DNA of 63,192 bases, filler included, from Chiloscyllium plagiosum (GCF_004010195.1; 4 parts of one record of this genome joined end to end with filler, not necessarily neighbours in it), one strand, 5' to 3'. Counted from the whole stretch's first letter, positions 26,149 to 40,584 are shown. Numbers and translations: made by a program. Notes: a model not told the origin generated them from the letters alone.

Positions 26149-26877
26149 NNNNNNNNNNNNNNNNNNNNNNNNNNNNNNNNNNNNNNNNNNNNNNNNNNNN
26201 NNNNNNNNNNNNNNNNNNNNNNNNNNNNNNNNNNNNNNNNNNNNNNNNNNNNNNNNNNNNNNNNNNNNNNNNNNNNNNNNNNNNNNNNNNNNNNNNNNNN
26301 NNNNNNNNNNNNNNNNNNNNNNNNNNNNNNNNNNNNNNNNNNNNNNNNNNNNNNNNNNNNNNNNNNNNNNNNNNNNNNNNNNNNNNNNNNNNNNNNNNNN
26401 NNNNNNNNNNNNNNNNNNNNNNNNNNNNNNNNNNNNNNNNNNNNNNNNNNNNNNNNNNNNNNNNNNNNNNNNNNNNNNNNNNNNNNNNNNNNNNNNNNNN
26501 NNNNNNNNNNNNNNNNNNNNNNNNNNNNNNNNNNNNNNNNNNNNNNNNNNNNNNNNNNNNNNNNNNNNNNNNNNNNNNNNNNNNNNNNNNNNNNNNNNNN
26601 NNNNNNNNNNNNNNNNNNNNNNNNNNNNNNNNNNNNNNNNNNNNNNNNNNNNNNNNNNNNNNNNNNNNNNNNNNNNNNNNNNNNNNNNNNNNNNNNNNNN
26701 NNNNNNNNNNNNNNNNNNNNNNNNNNNNNNNNNNNNNNNNNNNNNNNNNNNNNNNNNNNNNNNNNNNNNNNNNNNNNNNNNNNNNNNNNNNNNNNNNNNN
26801 NNNNNNNNNNNNNNNNNNNNNNNNNNNNNNNNNNNNNNNNNNNNNNNNNNNNNNNNNNNNNNNNNNNNNNNNNNNNC
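26149..26877. other. Sized N gap inside the Penelope element
   Basis: Run of N without the linker. Confidence 0.97.
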
Positions 26878-26924
26878 CCTCCTCTAGCTTATCTCTCCAT
26901 GCTTCAGGCTCTCTGCCTTTATTC

Positions 26925-26952
26925 CTGATGAAGGGCTTTTGCCCGAAACGTC
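26925..26952 (+). ncRNA. Minimal type-I hammerhead ribozyme core in pLTR
   Basis: CTGATGA-A-GGGC tttt GCCC-GAAA-CGTC, intact core. Confidence 0.75.
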
Positions 26953-28834
26953 GATTTTGCCTGTCCTCGGATGCTGCCTGAATTGCTGTGCTCTTCCAGA
27001 TCCCAAATCTAGCTCAGCAGCATTGGAAATGTTAGCCCATGGCATTATTCTGTACCACAGGCTAGCTATTTAACCACCCCACAGGTAGTAAACAATAATG
27101 TAAACACTCCACTTAAGAAACATAAAAGCTGATTATTGTGAGCTCAATATTATTTGAGAACCAAGTGAAGAGTTAGAATAATGTAAAGCATGTGACCCAC
27201 TTAATTCAATACATTTCCAACTATTTCACTTTGAACAATCAGGGCCTGAATTTAACACACTGTGGTTGTTTTGGTTGAGTTAAAATCTTGCCCCCAGTGT
27301 CTGTTCAGAAGGAGAGGGCAGCTTGCATGTGCTCTGAAAGTGAGAGGTCCACCCACTATATACAGCACCATTTCATGTTTTCAGTTGGGGACGGAGGGAC
27401 TGAAAGGTACAGTTGTAAACATATTTCTAATCAGCTGTTGCAGAACAGCATTAGCAGATTGCAGACTGAACCACAGTCAGAATGACCCTACTCTTTCCAA
27501 AGAGTAGTTCATTATTGGCCACGAGGACAAAATTATCTTAAAATAATCAGACACTTTCCCTTTCATAATCATAAGTGTCATTTCATTTCATTTCATCTTT
27601 ATATAAAGCCTAGAGGGTAGCACTTGTAGCACCAGCACAAAAGCATGATGATAGTGTAAGACACTGAGTAAAACATGGGCAATAATAGCAAAATGAAACA
27701 GCAACGTAATGGAAATACATTTTTACAGACAGCCAGAATGTGTATGCGTACCTAGGTACAGCCATTCTGTGGTTCATTATGCAGGCCAGTGTCTTGTTCA
27801 GTTGGAACCAACCAGGCTTATTTAATATTTAAAGAAATATAGCAGTTCTTCATCACAAAATGGTACGTACTCCATGACAATGCCTCTACCAATCCGAGTC
27901 CACTCTCCAACCAATCATCATACTCCCCTCATGCAATATAAAATAATGTTTTTGCTTTATTTTGGCATTTCTTGGAAATTGTCTTGTTGAGTGCAAATGT
28001 CCTTTTCAGCAATACTCACAATACCTAATGAAAAAGGAGACAAGGGCCACAGATACATATGAACACAGCCACTTGCAAGTCCCCTCCCAAGTCACTCATC
28101 ACCATGACTTGAAAATACATCACCATTCCTTCAGTGTCACTGGGTCAAAATCCTGGAACTCTCTTTCTATCAGTATTGCGGCCATATCTACACCCAATGG
28201 ATTGCAGTAATTCAAGAGGACAGCTCATCACCACCTGCCCAAGTACACCTAGCCCGAAGTGATTTAAAGGGAAGAGAACCTCCATGACAAACGTAAACAG
28301 AGAATCTCACCAGCTCAGCCTTTTTAAAATAAACTGTTTTTGGTTAAACAGTTGTAGATGGTAGGGAATGTTTCTGGAAAAAAAACAAAATGGCTGCAGA
28401 ACATGCAGAACCAGCTTTTAGTTTCTTCAGTTCTGCTGTGGAGATCCAGGCTGGAGGGATTCTGATTCTACCACAGAGCAAAATGCACTCCAGGCTGAAC
28501 TGTTGGCAACGGGAAGAGATTCTAGTGGATGTTGATGCCAGGATCTTAGCTCCCAACTCATGGCTGCAATGGTTAATAAAGTTACCTTAGCTCTCCAAAA
28601 GTATCTCTGAAAGAATGCCACTGTCTTCACCTCGCCATAATCAGTCACTCACCCTTGTATTGCCCCTAAAATTGGAGCCCTAATTTCCCCACACACCGAG
28701 CTTCCACAGTACTAACAAAATATTTGATTGTGGCAGGTTCAATTCTGTAAACACTGCAGATGGACACAATCAATACAGCTCTCCTTTCTGCAGGAGAAGG
28801 TTGTGTGTAACATGAGGCAGGAGTTGGTTTTCAT

Positions 28835-28986
28835 AGATTAAAAATCACACAATGCTTTCGGAGCGCCACGAAGGAGCAGTGCTCCAAAAGCTAGTGCTGC
28901 CAAATTAACCTGTTGGACTATAACCTGGTGTTGTGTGATTTTTAACTTTGTCCAACCCAGTCCAACACCGGCTCCTCCAAATCATG
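28835..28986. mobile_element. Penelope pLTR fragment of a further family (related pieces at 35215-35835 and 47430-47556)
   Basis: gaaggagcag-gctcc-aaagctag..tgttggactataacctggtgttgtgtga; decayed hammerhead-like core. Confidence 0.6.
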
Positions 28987-31967
28987 GTTTTCTGAGGCTG
29001 TTGAGTCTGCCTGCTCCCTGCTGTGGAAGGAGCCACGCAGGTCCCCATGGTCAGGCAGAAGAGGCATGGCCACTCTGGGAAACTTCACGAGAGGAGATAT
29101 TGCATTGCATTCCTCAGGAAATAGAAGCAACTTGTAATTTCTTTTTCCTTTGCTTCAGGATCTTACACCATCTGCTTCACAAACTGTAGCTTCTTTCACC
29201 AGTCACTCAGCTCTCAAGTTCTCCCTTCACACTCGAATCTATACTTTGTGAATCCCTTTGATTTCAGGTCCACAAAATGTGTATTTTTTTCTGCCACTTT
29301 ATAGGGACAAAGCACATTCTGAACACTCCCCCCCCACCCCCCACCCAACCCAGAGACTGGCACTATTGTGCTAGAGGAGGAAAGGGTTTGCACGAGGTGA
29401 TTTGTTAGGCCCAAGTGTGGGAACAGGTCAAGAGGAAATCATAAATGCCAGCTCTCTGGAGGATGGGATTGCACAGCTCCAATGCAGATGATGCAGACAC
29501 TGACTTTCAGGGCCCAGGCAACCAAAGAAGGTTATGGGCATCCATCTTCAAACTCTGAGAAGCTGGTGAATGAGATATTGTGGTGCATGGAGGAGTGGAA
29601 TTCCAGCCTGTGTCAGGGCTTTGCACAGAATATAGGGACCGTGTCATTCACCATAGAGGAGAGTGATCCGTTTCATCAACACCATTGTGCACTCAGCCAT
29701 GATAGAGGCTCAACAATTCTGACATCTGCCCATGTAGATCCAAATGGCTGTTATCATGGCTTTGGAGGCTAAGGTGAATGGAGTATTTGGTATGTCTGCA
29801 CACTCCAGAACTCCTTTCTTGCGTGAAATCATTGGAGTAATGAACCCCAGTTCTTTGATAGAGGCCTCGGATCGATGGGGTAGGCAGAAGCTCCTGTCTC
29901 TTTGACTCAAAGTGTGCTACCCAACCACTCAGTTCCCCAGTGTCCTTTTTGGTGCCCCACAGCCAGCTGGGCCACACGTCTCACACCCACATCTACAGCC
30001 AGGCCCTAAGGCCTAGAGCTGCATATGATTGTTCTCCAGGGCTGCCTGAAGTGCCCTTAGTGGAAGCTGAGAATAGGCTTAGTGCGATCTAGTGTTGAAT
30101 ACTTTTTATTTAAATGATCATTGTTTATCACATGATTAGAACGGGTTCTGCACCTGACACTGTGAGGGTGTTGAAAGAGCTTAAACAGTTGATTCTCAGG
30201 CAGTGATTGCACTTACTGATGTTTATTCAGCTCCTTCACATTACTGGCCCAAATAAATTGTTTCAGACACTCTTCCACCTCCATTGTGGTCAGCATCACC
30301 TCTGAAATTGCTTAAAAAAAGGCACAAAAATCATTCAACCAATGTTGATGTCAGGCATGTTTTTTTCCACAGAATTTTGAAGATGGATTCTGTGAATAAG
30401 ACTTTTGCTTCTGTGCCTCATAATTATTCTGATTAAATGTAATGTGCTTCATATCTGCTCAGCCAGTATAATGTATTCATATCATATTTTTTTAATGGAG
30501 GTGATATTTTAATAAAAAATGTTTTCAATTCATTTTACAGTGGTTATAGCTTTTCCCAGTCAAGGCTCATTTTGTAATGATATTGAAATTTCAATACTTC
30601 CATGAAATGGTTCTGGTTATTACTTTATTTCTAACGACAGTTAAGTGACATGAGATACTTAGATAGAATTGTCTCCCGAAGTTCATTTATCGAATAATAT
30701 ATAATCATAAATTGTAATTATACATTCTCAAACTCAAAATATAATCCCTGAAAGACCTTTTTACCCCCAAAATGCACAAAAAATTACTTCTGGCTCTATT
30801 TCCATCAAATATGGTGACTAGCAACATGGCTTAAATTATTTATTATCGCAGCTTTGAATTAAACATTACTGCATATAAGCGTAGACATTATGCTAGATAA
30901 TTTTCAGCATTTGGTTGAAAGAATTTTCAATAGAGGTCGAAAGCTGACAGTAACAGTAAAAGTGAGTGGGGTATGTAAGTGGTAACGTATTCAATATTAC
31001 CAATTTTAAAATCCTTATCCTTTATTTTAATTTCAAATCCCTCTATGTCATGCTCCTCCTTATCTGTGTGACCTTACATAGCCCTACAATCTTCCTCAGA
31101 TTTTGTCTCTTGTGTTTGTCAGACTTCCAGTGCTTCACCATTGGGAATCAAAGCTTCAACTGCCTGGGCTTTAATATCTGGAATTCCCTCCCTTCGGATA
31201 GTATCTTGCTCCCTTGCCTGTGGTGAGGGGATATTTAATTAGGTGGTTGGATGGTAGGAGGTAGCCCAAATACCTTGCCACTCTAGCCTAAGCAAGTCCA
31301 GGGCAGAAAGTTCTGTGAATAACCTTCCCTCTGCCACCAAATGAGGCCTTTTAGTTGATAATTAATTTTTGCTGAAAGACTTCAGCCTCATTGCTACATA
31401 GGCAGCATGATAAACAAACACTAGCATTTTTACTTGCAGTTTCATGGTGAGGTCCTTCTTTCAAAGGCATTCACTATCTGATTGAGGGATGCAGCTTGGG
31501 AGATGGAACGTACCTACTGAAAGCTAGCTCTACTGTTGCTGCTATCCTTTCGCATTCCAGCACCCCCCCACTCCATGACCCAAATCTGCAAACTCATTTT
31601 TGTTAATACCTACTTGTGTCTGAGTCTGTCTTCAACTTGAGGCTCTAGTGGATGTAGTACCAGAAGAAGTCAGTACCTCCCCTGTAGCACTGTCAAGCAG
31701 TGGAGGTCAGCTGGCCTTGGATTGCCAGGCATTTCTCAGTGGCTGGGACTTTCACCCCTGGTTTCCTTGATCGTGAGGCAAAACCTACTTGCAGTGAAAT
31801 GCTGAGTGGAACAAAATGTGGTGGGCCTTCTGTAACTTGTGTTTCTAGCTGGCTCTCGAGCTAGTAGATGAGACCTCTGCTCCTTGGATTCTGCCCTAAC
31901 ACTCTTTACCTGTTTATCTAGCTTTCCTCCTTTGGTTCAAACCTTTGGTTGCCTGCAGTAATATAAA

Positions 31968-32865
31968 GTCACAGAATCATACAGCATGGAAACAGATCCT
32001 TCAGTCCAACCAGTCCAAGCCAAACATAATCCCAAACTAAAATAGTCCCACCTGCCTGCTCCTGGCCCACATCCCTCCAAACCTTTTCTATTCATGTACT
32101 TATCAGTGTCTTTTAAATGTTTTAACTGTGCCCGCATCCACCACTTCAACAGGAAATTCATTCCACATGTAAACAACTGTCTGTATAAAAAAGTTTCTCT
32201 CATGTCTTTTTTTAATCTCTCTCCCTTCACTTTAAAAATATGCCCCTCATCTTGAAATCCCCCATCCTAGGGAAAATACACAAATCATAAACTCTATCTA
32301 TACCTCTCCTGATTTTATAAACCTCTATAAAGTTGACTCTCAACCTCCTACTCTCCAGTGAAAAATCCAATCTATCCAACCTTTCTTTAAAACTTAAACC
32401 TTCCATACTGGGCAACATCCTGGTAAATCTCTTCTGAACCCGCTCCAGCTTAAGAACATCCTTTCTATAACAGGGCGACTAGAACTGGACACAGTATTCC
32501 AGAAAAGGCCTCGCCAATGTCCTGTACAAACTCAACATGACTTCCAAACTTGTGTACTCAAAGGACTAACCAATAAAGGCAAGTGTGCTAATTGCTTTTT
32601 TAACCTTCCTGTCTATATGTGGCACAAACGTCAGAGAATTATGTACCTGAACAGCTAGATCACTCTGTTCTACAACACTACTCAAGGCTCTGCCATTAAT
32701 TGTATAAGTCTTGCCCCATTTGTTGTACCAAAATGCCATACTTCGCATTTATCCAGATTGAACTTCATCTGCCATTTTGCAGCCCATTGACCCATTTGAT
32801 CAAGATCCTTTTGTGATCTTAGAAAATCTTCTTCACTGTCTACAATGCCACCAGTTTTGTGATTC
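31968..32865 (-). mobile_element. CR1 LINE 3' fragment
   Basis: QKDLDQMGQWAAKWQMKFNLDKCEV and downstream CR1 ORF2 motifs. Confidence 0.88.
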
Positions 32866-33669
32866 ACTATCTAATTTTATTTTGATAATTACTCCTAGGA
32901 AGAGTTTCAGGAGGTTGATGACATGAAAGATATGAGTGTTGATGTTTTCCACTCCCATTGAAGTTGAAATCCATCCCCTTTGTTTCTGTTTTTGATTTCA
33001 TATGAGCCCATTTATGTCCATGGTGTCAAAGGGAGGCTAATTCATGAAATAAACTGGTTAATACCTCCATAAAATATACCAAAGAACTCTCACACAACTT
33101 GTACAAGCCTTAGCTATGGCTCCTTTTTTATTGGATATGCCCCCCTGCGCAGTTCCCCGTTTTTATTCCCTGTACATTGATTGTATCAGTGCTATTTTCT
33201 TATCCAATCTGAACTGAAAATGTTATGAACTTTGCTGTCAATGTCTAACATTCTTCAATTTGACTTAATCCCTCTCCTCCCTGTCCCTTTCTCATGTTTT
33301 CTGTCTCTAAGTCTGGAGATGAACTAACAACCAATTTTGACTTTAAAAGTGCAAAATTAAAGCAAGATATTGAAAGTGATAATTCCAAAATAAAAATGTA
33401 AAATGCAGAAATACTTAGCAGATATGAGAGCATCCATGGTGGGAGAAAAATAACTAATATTTTGTGTTAAGTATGACTTTCCTTCAAGAGAGATTTTCCC
33501 GATGATTCTCCCTGCAGTACAAGCTAGGTGAATCTTCCAGCCTTGGTTTCTAATCTGCATGAATTTGGTTATATTAAACTAAGCTTGTGGTCCCGCCCAT
33601 ATCCCTGCATGATGAACCATGGGGATATTTGGCCTGCAGCAGGTTCCTCTCTCTCCTCTATCTGAGTTT

Positions 33670-35190
33670 CATAGGAACAGAAGTAGGCCATTCAGCCCCT
33701 TGAGTCCACCCTGCCGTTCATCAAGACCAAAGCTGATCTGTGGCTTAACTCCACATGTCTGTCTTGAGCCCATAGCCCTGATACCCTTGCTTAATAAACA
33801 TTTGTCTATATCAATTTAAAATTTAACACTTGAATTAGCATTGACCACCATTTGAGGAAGAGAGTTCCAAACCTCCACTACTCTTTGCATCTAGAAGTGC
33901 TTTCTAACAGCTTTCCTGAATGCTCTGGTCCTAATTCATAGACTATGTCCCCTGGTTCTAGAACCCACAATCAATTTAAATAGTTTCCCTTTAACCACCC
34001 GTTGTTTTCCTGTAAATATCCTGAAAATCTGATTAGATCACCCCTTAATCTTCTAAATTCTAGAGAATAAAGGCCTAGTTTGCTTAAGTTCTCCTCGTGA
34101 CCTAACCCCTGAAGTCATATGCAGTGATTGTAATGAGGTCAGCCAAGTGGATCTCATAGTATGAGTTCCCGAATTGTGGGTGACACGGTGGCTCAATGGT
34201 TAGCGCTGCTATCTCACAGCACCAGGGACCCAGGGTCAATTCCAGCCTCAGGTGACTGTGTGGAGTTTGCACATTCTCCCCTTTTCTGCGTGGATTTCCT
34301 CCAGATGCTCTGGTTTCCTTCCACAGTCCAAAGATGTGCAGGTTAGGTGAATTGGCCATGCTAAATTGCCCGTAGTGTTCAGGGATGTGTAGGTTAGAGG
34401 CATTAGTCAGGGATAAATGTACAGTAAGAGGGTAGGGGAATGAGTCTGGGTTGGTTACTCTTCAGAGGGTCAGTGTAGACTTGTTGGGCCAAATGGCCTG
34501 TTTTCACACTGCAGAGATTCAATGATGACACCTGATCCAGTCAGGGAATCCCGGCTGATGATATAAAAAGGAGTGTCAGGCATCCTGTTCACTCTGAGAG
34601 CTGGCTCTGACGGAGCTAGAAAAGTGTTGTGTACTATGCAAGTGTGAATAAAGCATAATTTGGTGACAGGATAGCAGCCTTTGGGGAGTTATTTCAACTT
34701 GATGATGGGATAACTGCCTCTGTCGAGATACTTCACCGTGTGTCTTCCTTGTGTATTTATGTTGAACTCCCTCCAAGACCAAAACAAGGTGTGGTGTTAA
34801 ATCCTTGTCTAACTAGGGTTTTGTATAACTGCAGTATCATGTCTGCATCCCTATACTCCAGTCCTATAGATAGGAAGGCCAGCAATCCATGAGCCTTCCT
34901 GACTATTTTCTGTACCTGTTTGTGCCATTTTAAAGAGTTATGCGCCTAAAACCCCAAATCTCATTATACATACACTGTATTTAACTTTATGCCTTCTAAA
35001 ACAATACCTTGATCTATCTTTTCCTGGTTTAAAATAGATAACCTCACACTTATATTAAGATACATCTGCCACATCTTTGCCCATTCACTTAATCTATCAA
35101 TATCCTTTTGTAATGTTATGCTGTCATCATCACTGTCCACAATGTTGCCCAAATCTGGATGTTTGAGTTCTTGTGCCATTACCTATGTCA
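33670..35190 (-). mobile_element. Old CR1 fragment hosting a Gypsy solo LTR and a SINE
   Basis: LQKDIDRLSEWAKMWQM on minus strand; CR1-like 3' UTR. Confidence 0.75.
34120..34696 (+). mobile_element. Gypsy solo LTR split by a V-SINE (~34178-34525)
   Basis: tgcagtgattgtaatgaggtcagcc...ggagttatttca matches LTR 9022-9256. Confidence 0.82.
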
Positions 35191-36769
35191 TTCGTAAGTA
35201 TTGATGTAGAGGTGTTGATATTGGACTGGAGTGGGCAGAAATCACATAACACCAGGTTATAGTCGAACAGGTTTATCTGAAATCACAAGTTTCTGGAGTG
35301 CTGCTCCTTCATTGGGTGAAGTGAAGAGAAGTGCGTAGATATAGAACTTATAGGCAGAGAGATCGTACAAATGGTATGGGTGGAGTGTTGATACTCTGAA
35401 TAACCAAGTCTCTGCAGCTGATCAAAAGTGTGAGTAAAATGTCAACAGCTGAATAGCAAGTGAAATAATAACCTATGATCTGATTAATTGAGGCAGAGAG
35501 AAATTACAAAAATTTGAAAAAGACGATGGCGCTGAAGACAAACCGAATGGTTAGAATGACACAATGGGTATGAGAGACACATGCCGAGGGTCTAACCAAA
35601 ATAACAAACAATCCAAAACTGTACAGACTAATTAAGGTAGCGAGATCATGACAAATCATCAATGTGATGATGTCAAAACAGGACAGCAAGGATGATTTTA
35701 CAAATACTGAACAATATAGTGGGGTTATGTGTAACGCGACATGAACCCAAGGTCAGGGGTGAGGCTGTCTACATGAAGCATGTGATTTCAAATAACCTAT
35801 TGGACTACAACCTGGTGATGTGTGACTTCTGACCTAGTTAATAAATACTGTAAATAATTGAGACCCCAGCACAGATTCCTGCAGGACACATGCTGCCAAT
35901 TTCAGCACTTACCCATTATTCCAACTCTCTTTCCTGCTACTCAACCATTTTCCTATCCATGTCAGTAATTCCATGGGCTTCCACCCCAGTTTGCCCTCAA
36001 TTCTAGGGGGTGAGGTAAATCACATGACCCTGGTATCCTGGTAGAAATACTGATCGGCTCTTCTTTCAATCCCAATTATATTCTACCTTGGAATTTTATG
36101 GACCATTTAAAGCATAATTGTTTATAATTTGATATACTCATAATCTTCCTGAGATTCACTGGAAATGCTGCTTTGAATGTAACTCCCTTATGCCTTCTTT
36201 CCAGCGAAACAATCCTGTCCCCGATTTGCCCTTCAGCCATGCCTGTTGTCAGGGAGACTTGCAAACAGGTCTCGTGAAACACTTCATCCTAGTTAAAGAC
36301 ACAGTCCCAGACCTCAGAAATTTAACAGTGTAACAAGAGAAAATGTCGATTATATTACTATAAAATGTTGCTTTACTGGTTTCCTTTTACTATAAAAATA
36401 CCACAACACTTAATCTAGAAATGGTCAACTAAATTATGAACCCTTATCGTGAATGAATTAAATGTCCATCCTCCAAACCACCAGGGTGCAAGTTTCATTT
36501 GTTCTAAGCACTGTAACCTTTTGAAATATAATAACTTCTTATAACTTTGATCAAATTTTACCATTGAAATTCCCTCATGAAAGAAAACATATTTATCAGA
36601 AGGTTTTGCTTTCTTCCATTAACTTGGTACTTGTTCTCCCTCATACCACTGGACTGCTGTACATGACATCCATATTTAGAACAAAAATTTCATCTTCAAC
36701 CGTTTTCAGGTGTGGAAGGTATTTGTTGTGTTGCCTGCTCCTATCTGAAATGATCGAAGTTAAGTAGAG

Positions 36770-37272
36770 CAGTGCCAGAAATCTGGAAAATAAACAGAAG
36801 ATACTGAAGTAATTTGACTCATCTGGCAACACCTGTGGAGAGAGAAACAGAGTTAGCTTTTCAAGGCCAGTATGACTCTCCTTTGGAACTGACTGACTCT
36901 GCTTCTCTCTCCACTGACGCTGCCAGGCCAGCTAGGTATCTCTTAAACTTTCTTTTTATAGTATAGAAGTTTAATGCAAGTATGACTCTTACAGCCACTG
37001 CTATGTACTCTTTGCTACCTTCCCCCACCCTCCTCTCTGACCTATCACCTCCATCCCCATCCCCCATTCACCGATTGTACTCTTTGCTACCTTCTACCCA
37101 GCCTCCCCCCATCTCACCACCCTGGAGGCTCCCTGCCTCCATTCCTGCTGAAGGGCTTTTGGCTGAAACGTTGATTTTCCTGCTCCTCAGATGCTGCCTG
37201 ACCTGCTGTGCTTTTCCAGTGCCACTGTAATCTAGACTTTGGTTTCCAGCATCTGCAGTACTCACTTTTGCC
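36770..37272. mobile_element. Penelope pLTR fragments (fold-back 36770-36955; direct 37005-37272 with mutated hammerhead core)
   Basis: CTGCTGA-A-GGGC tttt GGCT-GAAA-CGTT at ~37145; pLTR tail. Confidence 0.7.
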
Positions 37273-40249
37273 TCTTACAGCCATTGGACCCTGTCACATT
37301 TACTTTGATGTGAGGTTGCATGTCCTCTGCAAGGAGGTGATTGCTTTTAGAACTACCACCTCCTCGAAACTAAATCAGGCATTGTTCCTGAGTGAGGTGG
37401 AAATATATGAGGTGCTGTTTGAAAACCCATGGTCTTCTGAGAAGATCCTCCTCTTTTGCTTTTCTCTTTGTAGAGCTTTCCCTATGTGTGCACTCTGTTC
37501 CATTTGTCTATCAGACCTAGAACCACTGTATCCACAGAGCAACTTTTTCACACAGAGAGTGGTACGTTTATGGAATGAGCCTGGTGGTTGAGGCTGGTAC
37601 AATTACAGCATTTAAAAGACATCTGGATGGGTATCAGAATAGGAAGGGTTTAGAGATGCTGGCAATTGGGACTAGGTTAGGTTAGGCGTGGACAAGTTGG
37701 ACCAAGAGGTCTGTTTCCATGCTACATATCTCTATGACTGTATGATTCTAACCCATATCTAATAAAGATCTCAGGCTGTTATTTTGGGGTCCTACTGATG
37801 TCATGAACGAAGTAGAGCTTTCTAGCCTTGTTCCCCACATCATAATGGCAGATAATTAGGCTTGTTAAAAACCTTGCTAACATTAGGTAATGGAGGACTA
37901 ATTTGAATTTTAAAGCCATCTCCCAAATTCCTCTCACGGTGTTCTACATATTTTACAACATTGGGCTTGTTTCCAATTAATTTCGGTAACCAGTTAATGG
38001 TTACCCTGTTTTGTGAAAATATATTTGTTAAACAATTAGAATGTTGAAATAAATGCTGAGAAGACTGCTAGTAAATGTATCTGGTGTAATATTTAATAGC
38101 AAAATGTATTATTGGTGATGACCAGTTGTATGTTAAGGAGCTGGATAGATCACAAAATTTTACAATACTTTTATTAACCTTGTATACGTTTACTAAATCC
38201 ATGATGCTTCTTCCGAGATGGACGATTTATTTCAGGGTCTTTACATCACAGTGTTGTCTCAGATAGGTCAGAGATCTGTGACTAAGATGATGCCTGAGGA
38301 TTGCTAAAAATTAAGCCACTCACTCTCTTGGGAGTAAATGCTTCAACATGATGTCTGTTTTTCTCTAGAAGTGTACATGTATTTTAAGTGTTTAAAATGA
38401 GTCCATCCTAAAACACTCCAGACATCAGTTAATCCTGTGAAGTCCAAAATATTTGCAGAACATCTGGTTAAAATCATTGACTCTTAAGTGGGGCTAGATA
38501 TATATCTGCCCACTCCTATGGCCTTTGATCTAAGAGGTGGAAGCAGGATCTCCTAAGCACAGAATTACCGATCCTCTGTCCTTATGATCCGATGTGGAGT
38601 CAGCACAAGTGTGCCTGTCTTCATTCAATCTTTATAAAATTCAGGCGGATTACTGTGCCAGAGTTCTGTGCCAGCACAATGCCAGCGTAACTGCCAGAAT
38701 CCTATCCTGTGGATTTTCCAGGCCCTTGTTTACTCCAGTGATATTTTGTATTGGAGAGTACAATGTCTCACTATTTCTCATACAATCTGAAGAGAAGGGA
38801 TAGTTTGTCGACATGTTAAATGACAATGTGGACGTTGACCAGTTTGTGCGGTAGAATAAGTATGCGTGAATATAGAATAAAAAAAATGCATTTGGAATAT
38901 TGCCTTTGGAGTTTGAATTCTGTCCCCTGTTTCTTCATTGGTATGATGCTGTTGGTCTTTCCAGCTTTAGGTTCAGTATCACAAAACTGATGCACCCAGG
39001 TATTTTAAATGCATCCAGGTTTACTTTATATTTTGAGTTTAAGATCAGGATAAGCTTGTTCTCACATAGATGTGTAACAAGCACACTGACCTTCTAAGAT
39101 GCTACAAGAGTGCAAACATTCAGTCCATAAACCTTGTGTTGGGTCCAGTTGCTAATGCTGGTGGTTTGTGGCCGGGGTCGCTCACTGCCACCTATCCTCC
39201 TTTCTAATCTTTTCATAAATAAGTGAGACAGTCTCATTTGGGGCACAGTAACAAAAACAAAAATGAAGTAGTTGACAGCAACTTATAAAACCTAAATTAA
39301 AATGTCACTTCTGGGGTTGGATGTGGGGTCTTGCTTTTGATGCAATGTACTCCAGTCCCTGAAGAAAGCACCAATCTTTGGTGACCTGCACTGTGCCGGA
39401 ATATTTTCTTACTTAATCTGTTTGAATACATTCTCTCTGAATGCCATATTCCTCACATGTTGAGGTGAGAATTGAACCCAGACCTCCTGGTCTTTCCTCC
39501 TTTCTACGCCAAGACTAAGGACCTGTCTAATCAATGGTAGAGGTTAAGCCATTAGAGAAGAGCCACTTGTCTTGCAAATTGGGTGTGGTTTATTGTTGGA
39601 CAACAAGCAGTGCAATTAACGTTAACTGATCAGGAACCAGAGATGACAAGAAAATCTCTATTGAGACATCATGCAAGACTCATGCAAATGTAAATAAACA
39701 GAGAAAGTGCTGGAGAAACTCAGCACGTTCTGGCAGTATTTGTGGGCGAAGCAACACAATGTTTCAAATCCAGTGACCCTTCTTCAGAACTGAAAGGAGC
39801 TGGAAAAAGATGATAGTTATACTGTTATCATAGGAAAAGGAATAGAATAGTTAATTAAGACACCCAGATCAAAAGACAAAGGATGTAGTTAACATATAGA
39901 TGTAGCAGTCAGTGGATGTTACATGGAGTGCTATTGCTACACCTTTTTCAGCTTATTAATTATAATAGTCTGTAGTAAGAAACTTTCAAAGATAAATTTC
40001 ATCATTACGTTGATACGCATTTTCTGTGATACTTTATGTTCAGGTGCAATGGATATCAAAGGTTACAGACCATAAACTATCAGTACTTCATCATAATTGT
40101 TGTGCAGCTTAAAGGATGTTCTCCAAATGTAACCAAGGTTTTGAGATAATCTAAAGATTTTATTATTTTTATTTTCTTATTGTTATTATTTGGGATCCCA
40201 ATCTTGAATAATAATCAGTACTTTTAGCTTGTTGTACTGTTTGTTTCAG

Positions 40250-40464
40250 CCCTCAATACAACACGATGTGAAAAGCTGCAAAAGGAGAAGGAGGAGCTGG
40301 AGAGGAGATTTGAGAACGAGCTACAGAGGCTGCATTTGCAACAACAAGAGGAGCTCCTAGACCTTGAAGAAAGACTGAAGGCTCATTATGCTTCAGAGAA
40401 AGAGCGTCTCATGCAGGAACACCAGGAATACCTCAAGAAAATTCAGTCTCAGCATGAGGAACAG
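40250..40464 (+). CDS. MTUS2: MTUS2 coiled-coil exon (ALNTTRCEKLQKEKEELERRFENELQRLHLQQQEELLDLEERLKAHYASEKERLMQEHQEYLKKIQSQHEEQ)
   Basis: tttgtttcag acceptor, CAG|gtcagt donor, 215 nt, enters phase 1 and exits phase 0; CEKLQKEKEELERRFE motif matches MTUS2. Not in the ORF track. Confidence 0.95.
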
Positions 40465-40584
40465 GTCAGTGCAATAACCTATGTTATAATCTGTTTACGG
40501 TAGGGGGTAATGGGCCTGAAAATTCATAGTCTCTCCAGTGCACTCCCAACTTGAACATTCTCTTTTATTATGTTGCGCCTCTTA

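Larger units (their letters stand above)
25690..26996 (+). mobile_element. Young 5'-truncated Penelope-like element (RT ORF, N gap, 3' pLTR) with TSD
   Basis: AMGTRMGPSYACLFVG..LRYIDDCIG..LPFLDL PLE-type RT; short inverted pLTR at 5' end; cagatcccaaatctag at 25674-25689 and 26997-27012. Confidence 0.9.

Noticed and set aside
25733..26981. 384-aa and 354-aa ORFs
   Set aside because: Lengths are inflated by the N gap; only ~138 aa of Penelope RT is real.
29000..30100. Cluster of 60-96-aa ORFs
   Set aside because: No splice-consistent or recognisable product; probably decayed DNA-transposon sequence.
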